Source: a bacterium (GTDB taxonomy: Bacteria > Fidelibacterota > Marinisomatia > Marinisomatales > UBA1611). From it: 62,353 nt of DNA. Made by a program: the position numbers and the translations under genes. Positions 29,684 through 39,129 of this stretch are shown here, one piece after another; within the stretch, counting starts at the first letter, position 1; every line of letters begins with the position of its first letter. Location: contig JAYPIC010000002.1 in NCBI GenBank assembly GCA_038127595.1, forward strand, positions 1 to 62,353, given 5' to 3'. The notes below the pieces were generated by a model. That model saw only the letters and a program-made list of their open reading frames with translations, was not told the origin of the DNA and made no database searches.

Positions 29684-32120
29684 AGGTAATAATTAAAGGA
29701 AACATTGGCACTGCTCTTCTTTCTACTCCAATACGATTGCCTGTAAAAGGGTCTGTTTTTGTTCGATATGCATAGCTTAATACATTTAGATGTTTTGTAA
29801 CGTTCATTATTTGCCAATAGGTATCATAATTGAAATGACCTATTTTCCCTTTCTTACGAGTCATGCCAACATCAATCCTGAAATATTTATCATATCTTTC
29901 AGTATTTTTTTCTCCGATGATATAGCTGTCAACTGGATACCAATATGTTTCACTATCAAGATTTTGTTGCCAGTCGTAAACCCTGCCTAATATTTTTGTG
30001 TAAGGATTGCCGCTAGACATTGTTAATCCAAAATTAGTTTGAATATCATCTGTTAGATCATAATTAAGTATCAAATTAAGAGTATGTGTTCTATCAAAAT
30101 TAGGGTGATGCCAACCACTTGGCTCATTATAATAATTTGCCTCAGAGAAAGTATAACCGAGCCAACCATTTAGCTTCCCGGATGATTTTTTAAGCAGAAG
30201 CTCAATCCCCCAACTATTCCCTTTTGTATCCCAAAACTCATTCAATGTCGTGTCAGTTGAGTTACTTTCTTCAAAGGTATTAGGATTTTCTTGCTTTATC
30301 GTTAAAAGATTGTCAAATGTTTTTTTGTATACTTCTAAACGATAAAAAATATTTTGAGAAGACATATACTCAGCACCTCCAATTAAATGTTGAGAAATAC
30401 TAGCATCTTTATCCTCCGGTATCCCTAGCCAAAGTTCAACCAAACGCAGATTCTCATCTTGGTTATTTGCTGTTGTTAAAAATTGATGATATACCCCCCA
30501 ATTAATTTTAAAAGCAATATCTGAATTGTAATGATATTTCAGTCCAATCCTTGGATCAAAATATATTTTATCATGAAGGTTATAATCTGTAGCTCTTAAC
30601 CCTATCTGCATTTTTACTTTTTCACTATAATTAAGTTTATCTTGAATAAATAAAGAAACTTCTCGGGTTTTATTTTTCAAGTCTAGTGGAACCCAATTTA
30701 ATAGAGTATCTTGCGTTTCAAATTCGATATCAATACCTAGATCATATCCAACATTTTTTAATTGAAACCCTCCCGTTATCTCGTGCATATTATTCGCTTT
30801 CCAAATGATTTCAGTCTCCAATGTATTATCATTGATTTTATCGAATATACTATAATCAATATTTTGAACTCTAGTTGCTGAGGAATCAGAATAAGTAAAG
30901 ATGTCTTCTTGGTCAAAACTAAAATTAAAATTAAATCTATAATAACTATTCGAAACAAAAGTCTTTGATATAATTGTGGGTGAGACAATCCAACGCCACG
31001 TTAAACCATTGGTTTTATTGCCCCAAGGCCAATCAATTCCAAATTTAAACTCCCTGGATACATTTACATCAGTGTCGTTATAATTTTCTTTTTCATCAAA
31101 TGACCAATTTAGAATATCATCTCCATAAAACCTTGTATATGTCAATCTATGATTTTCGCTAATATCCAAATTAGCTTTAATTTGATAATCATAAAAATAA
31201 TATGGAAATTGAAAATACTCATTTGAACCATCTGCTTTCTTCCCAATAGGTATTTTTAATGCATCAATTACTCGGTCAAAGTAGGTTCGCCTGCCTGAAA
31301 TCATCCATGAACCTCGCATACCTTTGTAACTAGGCATAGGACCTTCCAATAAAAGTTTGCTTGATATTAAGGATATGTTAGACATCCCCTTAATTCGATT
31401 TACATTACCCTCTCTATTGATAATATTTAAAATCGCTCCCATTCTACCACCATATCGCGCAGGGAACCCCCCTGCATGAAAATCTGCCTCTTTTATTGCA
31501 TCTGTATTGAATGTTGAAAAAATACCTCCTAAGTGGTAAGGGTTATAGACCGTAATGCCATCAAGCATAATTAGATTTTGATCTGGAGTACTCCCTCGAA
31601 CATATAAAGCGCTAGAAAAATCACTTGATGTTTGTACTCCAGGTAACATTTGTAAAGTCCTAAAAACATCAGGCTCAATAAAAGCAGGTGCAGAATTAAT
31701 TTCTCTTAAGTCTAAAGATATTTGACTGCTTTCAATGCTCCTTTCAAATTTTTGTCTTTCTGCTGTAACAATGATCTCTGATGTTTCAATGACCTCCTGA
31801 TCAAGAAAAATTGTTAATCGGATAGATCCAGAATCATTAATCGTAATTTCTTTTTTGAAAATACCATAGCCTATCATCGAAGCATTAAGTGTATAACTAC
31901 CCAAAGGGATATCAGAAATAACAAAATAACCATCTCTGTTAGTTGCAGCACCCAAAGATGTATTTTCTAGAAATATATTTGCGTAAGAAATTGGCTCACC
32001 ACTTGACTCTTCTCTAACAAATCCATTTATTGATTGAGAGAACAATAAACCACTCAATGAGAAAAGAAATAGGAGCCTTATAAAAATTGTATTTTTTGAA
32101 AGGTTTGATTTAAATATCAT
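29661..32120 (-). CDS. TonB-dependent receptor with N-terminal CarboxypepD_reg-like domain
   Basis: 819 aa. Signal peptide, CarboxypepD_reg segment INGFVREESSGEPISYANIF ... GYFVISDIPLGSYTL, plug motif ALYVRGSTPDQNLIMLDGITVYNPYHLGGIFS, terminal Phe (GIKFDF). Confidence 0.9.
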   Translation of the reverse strand: MIFKSNLSKNTIFIRLLFLFSLSGLLFSQSINGFVREESSGEPISYANIFLENTSLGAATNRDGYFVISDIPLGSYTLNASMIGYGIFKKEITINDSGSIRLTIFLDQEVIETSEIIVTAERQKFERSIESSQISLDLREINSAPAFIEPDVFRTLQMLPGVQTSSDFSSALYVRGSTPDQNLIMLDGITVYNPYHLGGIFSTFNTDAIKEADFHAGGFPARYGGRMGAILNIINREGNVNRIKGMSNISLISSKLLLEGPMPSYKGMRGSWMISGRRTYFDRVIDALKIPIGKKADGSNEYFQFPYYFYDYQIKANLDISENHRLTYTRFYGDDILNWSFDEKENYNDTDVNVSREFKFGIDWPWGNKTNGLTWRWIVSPTIISKTFVSNSYYRFNFNFSFDQEDIFTYSDSSATRVQNIDYSIFDKINDNTLETEIIWKANNMHEITGGFQLKNVGYDLGIDIEFETQDTLLNWVPLDLKNKTREVSLFIQDKLNYSEKVKMQIGLRATDYNLHDKIYFDPRIGLKYHYNSDIAFKINWGVYHQFLTTANNQDENLRLVELWLGIPEDKDASISQHLIGGAEYMSSQNIFYRLEVYKKTFDNLLTIKQENPNTFEESNSTDTTLNEFWDTKGNSWGIELLLKKSSGKLNGWLGYTFSEANYYNEPSGWHHPNFDRTHTLNLILNYDLTDDIQTNFGLTMSSGNPYTKILGRVYDWQQNLDSETYWYPVDSYIIGEKNTERYDKYFRIDVGMTRKKGKIGHFNYDTYWQIMNVTKHLNVLSYAYRTKTDPFTGNRIGVERRAVPMFPLIITFGIKFDF

Positions 32121-32946
32121 ACAATAGGATACGGTATGTTTTTAATTTATTAAACATTTCACCCTTCATATTGCCTTTAAAATAAATTCTATTCATCCTG
32201 TTAATTTTTTTCCTAAAAAACCATTTTAGAAGTCGCATACCTTTTGGATACTGGCTACTCAAATAAGTTGAAGAAAGATCTCGTACAGGAAGTGCAACAT
32301 CATTAATAATTTTATCAATAAGATCATAGGTTCTTGCTGTTTCTCTTGTTATATCGATGTCTAATATGTTATGAAATGGGAAACTATTTAAGTGGTCTTG
32401 AAAAACCTTCCAATCGTGCCCCCCACCTAATGGTTTTGTACCAGTGCCTGGTTGTCTAAAAAAATCGCAGATCAATAGCTTACCATTATCATTAAGTAAG
32501 GAAGGAATTTTTTCAAATGATTTTTTGATATTTACATATTGAAAACTTTCACTGAATAATACTAAATCATATTTAGTTTTTACTTCAAGATTTTCAAAAG
32601 TACTTCTATGAACCCTAACTTTCTCAACTAGTTTATTTTCTATAGCGTCAGATAAAAAATGACTTGGTGAAACGCATTCTACTTTATAATTCTTTTCAAC
32701 TAATTTCTCAGCCAAGCCTCCAGACCCACTTCCAACATCAAGAATAGTACTAACATCACTGGGGATAGAGTTAATTATTTTTTCTGAGTGGTAGTCTTGA
32801 GATTTTTTCAAATTATCAATTGAAATTTCTAAGTCATCAGGCCAAAACCCAAAATGTAGATGCTCTGTTTTAAAGAAAAATTTGCTAAGAACTAATCCAA
32901 CTTCTAAGCCTACTTCATTTGGAGATATTTTTTTTTCATTAGCCAT
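32110..32946 (-). CDS. class I SAM-dependent methyltransferase
   Basis: 278 aa. SAM-binding motif I ILDVGSGSGGLAEKL and post-I acidic residue. Overlaps the receptor start by 11 nt. Confidence 0.8.
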   Translation of the reverse strand: MANEKKISPNEVGLEVGLVLSKFFFKTEHLHFGFWPDDLEISIDNLKKSQDYHSEKIINSIPSDVSTILDVGSGSGGLAEKLVEKNYKVECVSPSHFLSDAIENKLVEKVRVHRSTFENLEVKTKYDLVLFSESFQYVNIKKSFEKIPSLLNDNGKLLICDFFRQPGTGTKPLGGGHDWKVFQDHLNSFPFHNILDIDITRETARTYDLIDKIINDVALPVRDLSSTYLSSQYPKGMRLLKWFFRKKINRMNRIYFKGNMKGEMFNKLKTYRILLYDI

Positions 32947-32959
32947 TTAAATAATTATT

Positions 32960-33877
32960 TTAGTTGAGTTTAATCCAACCTGAATCTATGTGTTTCGATT
33001 CAGAAAAATCTGAGTGAATTATCTCTAGTAATATTTCAAGACTTTCTATAATTCTAGGTCCAGGCCTATTGAAAAATTGATTTCCGTCCGTGATGTAAAC
33101 ATTCCTATTTCTTACAGCTTTTAGACTTCCCCACCCTTTTTTTCTTTCTAATGTTTTAATTTCAATCAATGATTTTTTTATATCATAACCACATGGCATT
33201 ACAATGATTATTTCTGGATCTTGTTCAACTAGATCGTTGTATTTCATCCAAGGTGAGTGTTTACCTGCCTCACCAAAAAGATTTTTCCCGCCTGCAACTC
33301 TAATTAGCTGAGGCACCCAATTACCTGCTGCCATTAATGGGTCAATCCATTCAATAGCGGCTACGGAGGGGCTTGATTTTTGATAAACTATTTTTTCTGT
33401 ACTATCTATTTTTGCTTTAATTAACTCAACTAATTCTTTTCCTTTCTTCCTTACATTTAAATTTTCTGCAATAGTTAAAATGTCATTATATATATCTTCT
33501 ACAGAATTTGGTTCAACTGAAATGACCCTAGAAGATAATCCTGTGATGTTTTTTAGTGCGTTTTCTACATCGCTTACACTAACAGCGCATACTTCACATT
33601 GCGATTGAGTAAAAATTATATCAGGCTTTAATTCTTTTAATAATTTTTCATTTATGTAATAAATCGAAAGCGCACTTTGAACTAAAGATTTGACCTCATC
33701 ATCAACTTCCCTACTTGTTCCATCAACATTAAACTTTGGGATAGTACAAATAGGTAACTCAGAAACCTCTTCTGGGTAATCGCACTCGTGCGAACGGCCA
33801 ACCAATCTATCTCCACAACCAAGAGCATATATGATCTCTGTAGTGGATGATAGCAAAGATAGGACCCTTTGTTTCAT
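32960..33877 (-). CDS. BtuF-like periplasmic-binding-protein-fold (class III) protein, leaderless
   Basis: 305 aa. N-terminus RVLSLLSSTTEIIYALGCGDRLVGRSHECDYP and PDIIF, later IIVMPCG, are typical of cobalamin/siderophore-type binding proteins. No signal peptide is visible. Confidence 0.7.
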   Translation of the reverse strand: MKQRVLSLLSSTTEIIYALGCGDRLVGRSHECDYPEEVSELPICTIPKFNVDGTSREVDDEVKSLVQSALSIYYINEKLLKELKPDIIFTQSQCEVCAVSVSDVENALKNITGLSSRVISVEPNSVEDIYNDILTIAENLNVRKKGKELVELIKAKIDSTEKIVYQKSSPSVAAIEWIDPLMAAGNWVPQLIRVAGGKNLFGEAGKHSPWMKYNDLVEQDPEIIIVMPCGYDIKKSLIEIKTLERKKGWGSLKAVRNRNVYITDGNQFFNRPGPRIIESLEILLEIIHSDFSESKHIDSGWIKLN

Positions 33878-33954
33878 AATTTAGACCAAAATATACTTTA
33901 TTGTTATCTTACAAAAATTTATAGATTTTCTAATGCAATCTATTCAGAAATCTC

Positions 33955-35067
33955 ATGATAAAACATCATAAAAGACTCTTTTTGAACATTATATTTTTCT
34001 TGTTATTTGTTTCATACAACTGTGACAAGTTATATACAGTGAAAAACAATAATTTAAATTATAATCTTCATACCTTTTATTATGCTTGGTATGGGAATGA
34101 AGAAATTGATGGGAGTCAAAGACATTGGGATCATGAAGTTTTACCACATTGGTCAAATAATACCTGGAATGATTTACCTAACTTTCCCGGCGGTGAGGAT
34201 ATTGGTGCAAACTTTTATCCCAAACTAGGTAATTACAGCAGTAATGATGTAAACACAATATCGAAACATATAGACATGATTAAACAAGCAGGTATTGGAG
34301 TAATTACTCTTTCATGGTGGGGAGAGGATACATTTGAAGATAAAAACGTCAAATTAATTATGGACATAGCCGACGCTCAAAGAATCAAAGTCAATTTTCA
34401 TCTTGAACCCACAAAAGATAGAACGGCTGAAAAAGTAGTCGAAATGATTCAATATATTTTAGATAACTATGGAAATCATAATTCATTTTATCGTTTTAAT
34501 GGTAAGCCATTATTTTATGTTTACGATTCTTACCACATAGAAGCTAAAGATTGGGCAACAATTCTTTCCATAAATGGTGAAAAAACAATTAGGGGCACTG
34601 ACCTAGATTCCTATGTTATTGGTTTATGGGTGCATAAAGAAGAAGAAGATTATTTTATTAATGGAAATTTTGATGGTATTTACACCTACTTTGCAAGTAA
34701 TGGCTTTACATATGGGTCATCCTCAAAAAATTGGGATTATTTATCAAAATGGGCAATAAAAAATAAAAAACTCTTTATTCCATGCGTTGGCCCTGGTTAT
34801 TCAGATAGCAGAATACGACCTTGGAATACGCAAAATTTTAAATCAAGAAATGAGGGCAAATATTATGATTCAATGTTTGAGAGTGCTATCGCTTCAAATC
34901 CAAATATAATTGGAATAACCTCATTTAACGAATGGCACGAAGGCACACAGATTGAACCAGCTATTGAAAAAAAGATAAAATCATTTGACTATGAAAATTA
35001 TTACCCTCTAGATGAAAACTATTATTTAAATAGAACATTTTACTGGTCCAAACAATTTATTAAATAA
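33955..35067 (+). CDS. glycoside hydrolase family 99 (endo-alpha-1,2-mannosidase/mannanase-like)
   Basis: 370 aa. Strong GH99 blocks: HTFYYAWYGN, HWDHEVLPHW, NFYPKLGNYSS, FDGIYTYFASNGFTYGSS, PCVGPGYSDSRIRPWNTQN, GKYYD, ITSFNEWHEGTQIEP. N-terminal signal/anchor. Confidence 0.9.
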   Translation: MIKHHKRLFLNIIFFLLFVSYNCDKLYTVKNNNLNYNLHTFYYAWYGNEEIDGSQRHWDHEVLPHWSNNTWNDLPNFPGGEDIGANFYPKLGNYSSNDVNTISKHIDMIKQAGIGVITLSWWGEDTFEDKNVKLIMDIADAQRIKVNFHLEPTKDRTAEKVVEMIQYILDNYGNHNSFYRFNGKPLFYVYDSYHIEAKDWATILSINGEKTIRGTDLDSYVIGLWVHKEEEDYFINGNFDGIYTYFASNGFTYGSSSKNWDYLSKWAIKNKKLFIPCVGPGYSDSRIRPWNTQNFKSRNEGKYYDSMFESAIASNPNIIGITSFNEWHEGTQIEPAIEKKIKSFDYENYYPLDENYYLNRTFYWSKQFIK

Positions 35068-35150
35068 CTATATAAACAATAATACATCTTAATTTTTGAT
35101 TTAAATTTCAGATTAATTATTATATACTAAACACAACAAAGAAGAAAAAA

Positions 35151-36440
35151 ATGAGCAAAGAAAATTCTAAAGTTGGAGTACTAATTCCTGGTATGGGTGC
35201 AGTTGCAAGTACGTTTATTTGCGGAGTCATAGCTTGTAACAAAGGCCTCTCAAAACCAATAGGTAGTATGACACAAATGGGGTCAATAAGATTAGGGAAA
35301 AGGTCTGAAGACCGTTCCCCAATAGTCAAAGATTTTGTACCTGTTGCAGATATGGAAAATCTAGTCTTTGGAGGTTGGGACATCAACGATGAAAACGTTT
35401 ATGATATCAGCATTCGATCAGAAGTTCTTGATAAAACACTATTGGATGAAATAAAGCCAGAATTAGAAAATATTAATGTATTTAAAGCAGTATTTGACAA
35501 AGAATATGTAAGGCGTTTAGAGGGAGATTGGGTTAAAACAGGTAGTTCAAAAATGGATCTTGCAGAGCAAGTAATGGATGATATCAAAGCATTTAACGAA
35601 AAAAATGATATATCATCAAATGTAATGATATGGTGCGGAAGTACAGAAATTTATTTTGAACCATCAGATGTTCATTCATCAATCGAAAAATTTGAAGAAG
35701 GCCTTAGAAATGATAGCCCAGATATATCACCAAGTATGATATATGCATACGCTGCGATTAAACTAGGTATTCCTTATGCAAATGGTGCTCCAAATTTATC
35801 CGCAGATATTCCTGCATTAATTGAGCTTGCAGAGGCCACAAAAACTCCAATTGCAGGCAAGGATTTTAAGACAGGTCAAACTCTCATGAAAACGATACTA
35901 GCACCAGGATTAAAAGCAAGACAACTTGGAATAAGTGGTTGGTTTTCGACAAATATTTTAGGGAACAGAGATGGAGAAGTTCTAGATGACCCTGATGCTT
36001 TTAAAACAAAAGAAGAAAGTAAATTGGGAGTATTAGATACAATTTTAGAACCTGAAAAAAACCCTGATCTATACAGTGATATCTACCACAAAGTAAGAAT
36101 AAACTATTACCCTCCAAGAGGTGATGATAAAGAAGGCTGGGACAATATTGATATTTTTGGATGGTTAGGATATCCAATGCAAATTAAAGTGGACTTTCTT
36201 TGTAGAGATAGTATCCTTGCTGCTCCAATAGTACTCGATCTCATACTATTTTTAGATTTAGCAAAAAAATCAAATATGAGTGGAATCCAGGAATGGTTAT
36301 CGTTCTATTTTAAAAGCCCAATGGCTTTACCTGGCTTAGATCCTGAACATGATATTTTCGTACAACTTGCAAAATTGAAAAATACACTTCGCCACATCAT
36401 GGGTGAGGAACTAATTACTCACTTAGGGCAAGATAAGTAA
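35151..36440 (+). CDS. myo-inositol-1-phosphate synthase (inositol-3-phosphate synthase)
   Basis: 429 aa. N-terminal Rossmann segment VGVLIPGMGAVASTFICGV, KPIGSMTQ, ANGAPN, KTGQTLMKTILAPGL and NILGNRDG blocks typical of bacterial/archaeal MIPS. Confidence 0.9.
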   Translation: MSKENSKVGVLIPGMGAVASTFICGVIACNKGLSKPIGSMTQMGSIRLGKRSEDRSPIVKDFVPVADMENLVFGGWDINDENVYDISIRSEVLDKTLLDEIKPELENINVFKAVFDKEYVRRLEGDWVKTGSSKMDLAEQVMDDIKAFNEKNDISSNVMIWCGSTEIYFEPSDVHSSIEKFEEGLRNDSPDISPSMIYAYAAIKLGIPYANGAPNLSADIPALIELAEATKTPIAGKDFKTGQTLMKTILAPGLKARQLGISGWFSTNILGNRDGEVLDDPDAFKTKEESKLGVLDTILEPEKNPDLYSDIYHKVRINYYPPRGDDKEGWDNIDIFGWLGYPMQIKVDFLCRDSILAAPIVLDLILFLDLAKKSNMSGIQEWLSFYFKSPMALPGLDPEHDIFVQLAKLKNTLRHIMGEELITHLGQDK

Positions 36441-36454
36441 GAAAAAATAGTTAA

Positions 36455-37177
36455 TTGAAGTTAGTAATTATAGCTGCAGGGTTAGGCTCTAGGCTATCAT
36501 CGGTTTCAAGTGGCACTCCTAAATTATTAATGCCCATTCTAGGGACACCACTTATCAAAAAATTGTTATCAAATTGTATTGATGCGGAAATTGATAACAT
36601 TGTTGTTGTTACAGGATACAATAATCACATCATCGAAGAATATTTAAATGACCTATCCACACCGGTTAAAATTAATATTGCATATAATCCAGATTGGAAA
36701 CTTGCAAATGGTGTTAGCGTCCTTGCAGCAAAAGAATTCATTTCTAAAGGTGAAGAATTCATGATTTCCATGAGTGACCATTTTTACAATAGTGAATTAT
36801 TAAAACTCATTAAATCACAAAGTATCGAGAACACCATTGCTAGCGTTGGTGCCGATTATAAAATAAATGAAATTCACGATATAGATGATGGAATGAAGTT
36901 AGATATAGATGAAAATTCACTTTTAATAAATGCAATGTCAAAAAACCTTGATACCTATAACGCAATTGATTGTGGTATTTTTAAATGTAAATACAGTTTT
37001 TTTGATTACTTAGTTCAAGCAAAAGAAGAAGGAAATTGCTCCTTGTCTGATGCATGCAATATATTAATCGAGGAGAACTTAATGGGTAGCGTTGATATAA
37101 AAAATTATCCTTGGATAGATATTGATACCCCAGAGGCACTAGCATTTATTGAGCAAAACCCTGAAAAATATAAATAA
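36455..37177 (+). CDS. nucleotidyltransferase (NTP_transferase fold); candidate CTP:inositol-1-phosphate cytidylyltransferase
   Basis: 240 aa, TTG start. Signature KLVIIAAGLGSRL ... PKLLMPILGTPLI. Lies 14 bp after MIPS and 3 bp before a TagF-like gene. The substrate assignment is an inference from context. Confidence 0.7.
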   Translation: MKLVIIAAGLGSRLSSVSSGTPKLLMPILGTPLIKKLLSNCIDAEIDNIVVVTGYNNHIIEEYLNDLSTPVKINIAYNPDWKLANGVSVLAAKEFISKGEEFMISMSDHFYNSELLKLIKSQSIENTIASVGADYKINEIHDIDDGMKLDIDENSLLINAMSKNLDTYNAIDCGIFKCKYSFFDYLVQAKEEGNCSLSDACNILIEENLMGSVDIKNYPWIDIDTPEALAFIEQNPEKYK

Positions 37178-37180
37178 AAA

Positions 37181-38230
37181 ATGAAGGACGTTTATTATTT
37201 TGCCAACCAAGTTTATCAATATGGCCATGCTAAACCCATATATGATAAGACCGGTGGGACTTTCATTGTAAATAAATTAAATAGAGCGGCGAGATTTAAA
37301 TACTATCTTCGTTTTACAGAAAAAAATGATCCTGGATTTTTAGGGGCACCAAGAGTTATTCGTAAACCAAAAAATGAAGTTTATGATTTAGAAGGAGTAA
37401 TCATATCAGGGTCTAATTCAGAAATAAAACATGATAAAAAAAAGTCTATCTCTATTTTCATAGGTCATGGTGCAGGTGATAAAAAATTTGGAGGATCTGG
37501 AAATACCCTTGAGACATATGACTTTCATTTTGTATCTGGCCCAAAACACATTCATAAACAAAAAGATATGGGCATCCACATCCCTGAAGAAAAATTAATA
37601 AAAATAGGTTATCCTAAATTTGATGATTATGTAAATGACCGCATAGATAAAGAAAAATATTTTAATTTTTTAGGAGTTAAAGATAAAGAAAGAAAAAATA
37701 TACTTTATGCTCCTACTTGGCGATGGGGTAATGGCACGTTAGACAAGTATGGTAAAAAATTCATCCGAGCCCTCGATAATGATTACAATTTGATTATAAG
37801 ACCTCATTTTCATGATAGAAATAAAATAAAAATTTTAAAACTATGGGCGAAGTATAACGGGTTTAATAATGTCTATTTTTCTAATCCAGCTAAAATCATT
37901 AAAAATAGCACCATGAACGATTTTGCAATCTCAGACCTAATGATAAGCGATACTTCCTCAATTATTTATGAATATTTAATTACAAAAAAACCTATCATCA
38001 TTGCAAATAATGATTATGACCAACTTCATAATATGCCAGACGAATTAAGCGTTCTTTCAATAGCAAAAAGCTATGATGGTGAAAAATCTTCAATAAGTGA
38101 ACTTGTCAAATCTGATCTAGAAGATAAAAATCTTATTAATATTTATGAAAAAATGCTTAACAATTGTTTCTATTTTAATGATGGAAAAAGCACAGATAGA
38201 GCTGTTGAGTTCATAAAATCAATAAAATAA
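37181..38230 (+). CDS. TagB/TagF-like CDP-alcohol phosphotransferase family protein (third paralogue)
   Basis: 349 aa. Motifs IGHGAGDKKF, NILYAPTWRW, LMISDTSSIIYEYLITKKPII match the two paralogues at 21744..23969. Confidence 0.75.
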   Translation: MKDVYYFANQVYQYGHAKPIYDKTGGTFIVNKLNRAARFKYYLRFTEKNDPGFLGAPRVIRKPKNEVYDLEGVIISGSNSEIKHDKKKSISIFIGHGAGDKKFGGSGNTLETYDFHFVSGPKHIHKQKDMGIHIPEEKLIKIGYPKFDDYVNDRIDKEKYFNFLGVKDKERKNILYAPTWRWGNGTLDKYGKKFIRALDNDYNLIIRPHFHDRNKIKILKLWAKYNGFNNVYFSNPAKIIKNSTMNDFAISDLMISDTSSIIYEYLITKKPIIIANNDYDQLHNMPDELSVLSIAKSYDGEKSSISELVKSDLEDKNLINIYEKMLNNCFYFNDGKSTDRAVEFIKSIK

Positions 38231-38232
38231 GA

Positions 38233-39129
38233 TCAAACGGACTCTTTCTGAAATGGAATGAACTTATTCTTTCCTTCAAATTTTTTTGTGCCATTAACAT
38301 AACTAAAATATTTTCTACATTCACACGATAAATATTCAATATCAATTGGTAAAAATTCTCGTTTCGCTTCAGGCCAATACTTTTTTTGCAATTTTATCAT
38401 TTTTTCACATGTGTCTTGATGATTCTCTAAACCCAGGAATTCTTGAAGTCTATCTAAAAATGCTACAGCACCTATTCCCGTAGGTACAGGACTAGTTGGT
38501 TTTATTATATCTGGTCGAAACCATGATATGTCAATTATCGCCATAAATATTGGAAAATTATTTACCATTTTAAATCTTTCATTTACTTTATCTGTAGCAA
38601 CAATAACATTACCATCAGCACTACTAATTAAATCTGCTAATGAAGTTTTTATATCGTCAAATAACTCTACAGCAGAGTTCAATCTAGAGTGCCATTTATC
38701 ATCCCAATTTATTGGCTCAACCGGGTAAGCATTAAAATTGCACCATTGCTCAAAACTGTTTACCTTTTCTTTAAGCATTTTTTTATTAGTAAATATCTTA
38801 TTAGATATACTATCAATTACTTCTTGTTTATTGCACCACCTTGCAAAGAATAAAGCCTGTATTAATAATGGTAGATCATCTTTATATCTACCCGCAAAAT
38901 TCAGTATGGATCTACTTACTCTATCGTCCTCCCTGAAAACATTTAAAAATCTTCCATTTTGAAATATTACATCATCTGACCATGGAGAAGGCTCATTTTT
39001 TTCCCGCTTTATTCTAATTTTTTCTCTTTCCTTACAAAAATTAAAAAAATCATAAACAGGATCTTTTATATCTAATCCGTCCAAAGCATTTGCATAAGGG
39101 TTGATAAGTTCATTTTTCATCTTTAACAA
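38233..39129 (-). CDS. aGPT-Pplase-like protein (putative DNA base hypermodification / nucleotide kinase domain family)
   Basis: 298 aa. The N-terminal signature FCKEREKIRIKREKNEPSPWSDDVIFQNGRFLNVFREDDRVSRSI matches the pattern I associate with this family: R..I......G.P.PW(T/S)DD.I(L/F)....F.N(V/A)(Y/F)R..DR(V/G)(T/S). The assignment is from memory and is not an HMM hit. Confidence 0.5.
   Translation of the reverse strand: MLKMKNELINPYANALDGLDIKDPVYDFFNFCKEREKIRIKREKNEPSPWSDDVIFQNGRFLNVFREDDRVSRSILNFAGRYKDDLPLLIQALFFARWCNKQEVIDSISNKIFTNKKMLKEKVNSFEQWCNFNAYPVEPINWDDKWHSRLNSAVELFDDIKTSLADLISSADGNVIVATDKVNERFKMVNNFPIFMAIIDISWFRPDIIKPTSPVPTGIGAVAFLDRLQEFLGLENHQDTCEKMIKLQKKYWPEAKREFLPIDIEYLSCECRKYFSYVNGTKKFEGKNKFIPFQKESV

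Noticed and set aside
35120-35587. Minus-strand ORFs 35120..35386 and 35399..35587 overlapping the start of the inositol-phosphate synthase gene.
   Set aside because: The MIPS assignment on the plus strand is strong, so these are antisense artefacts.
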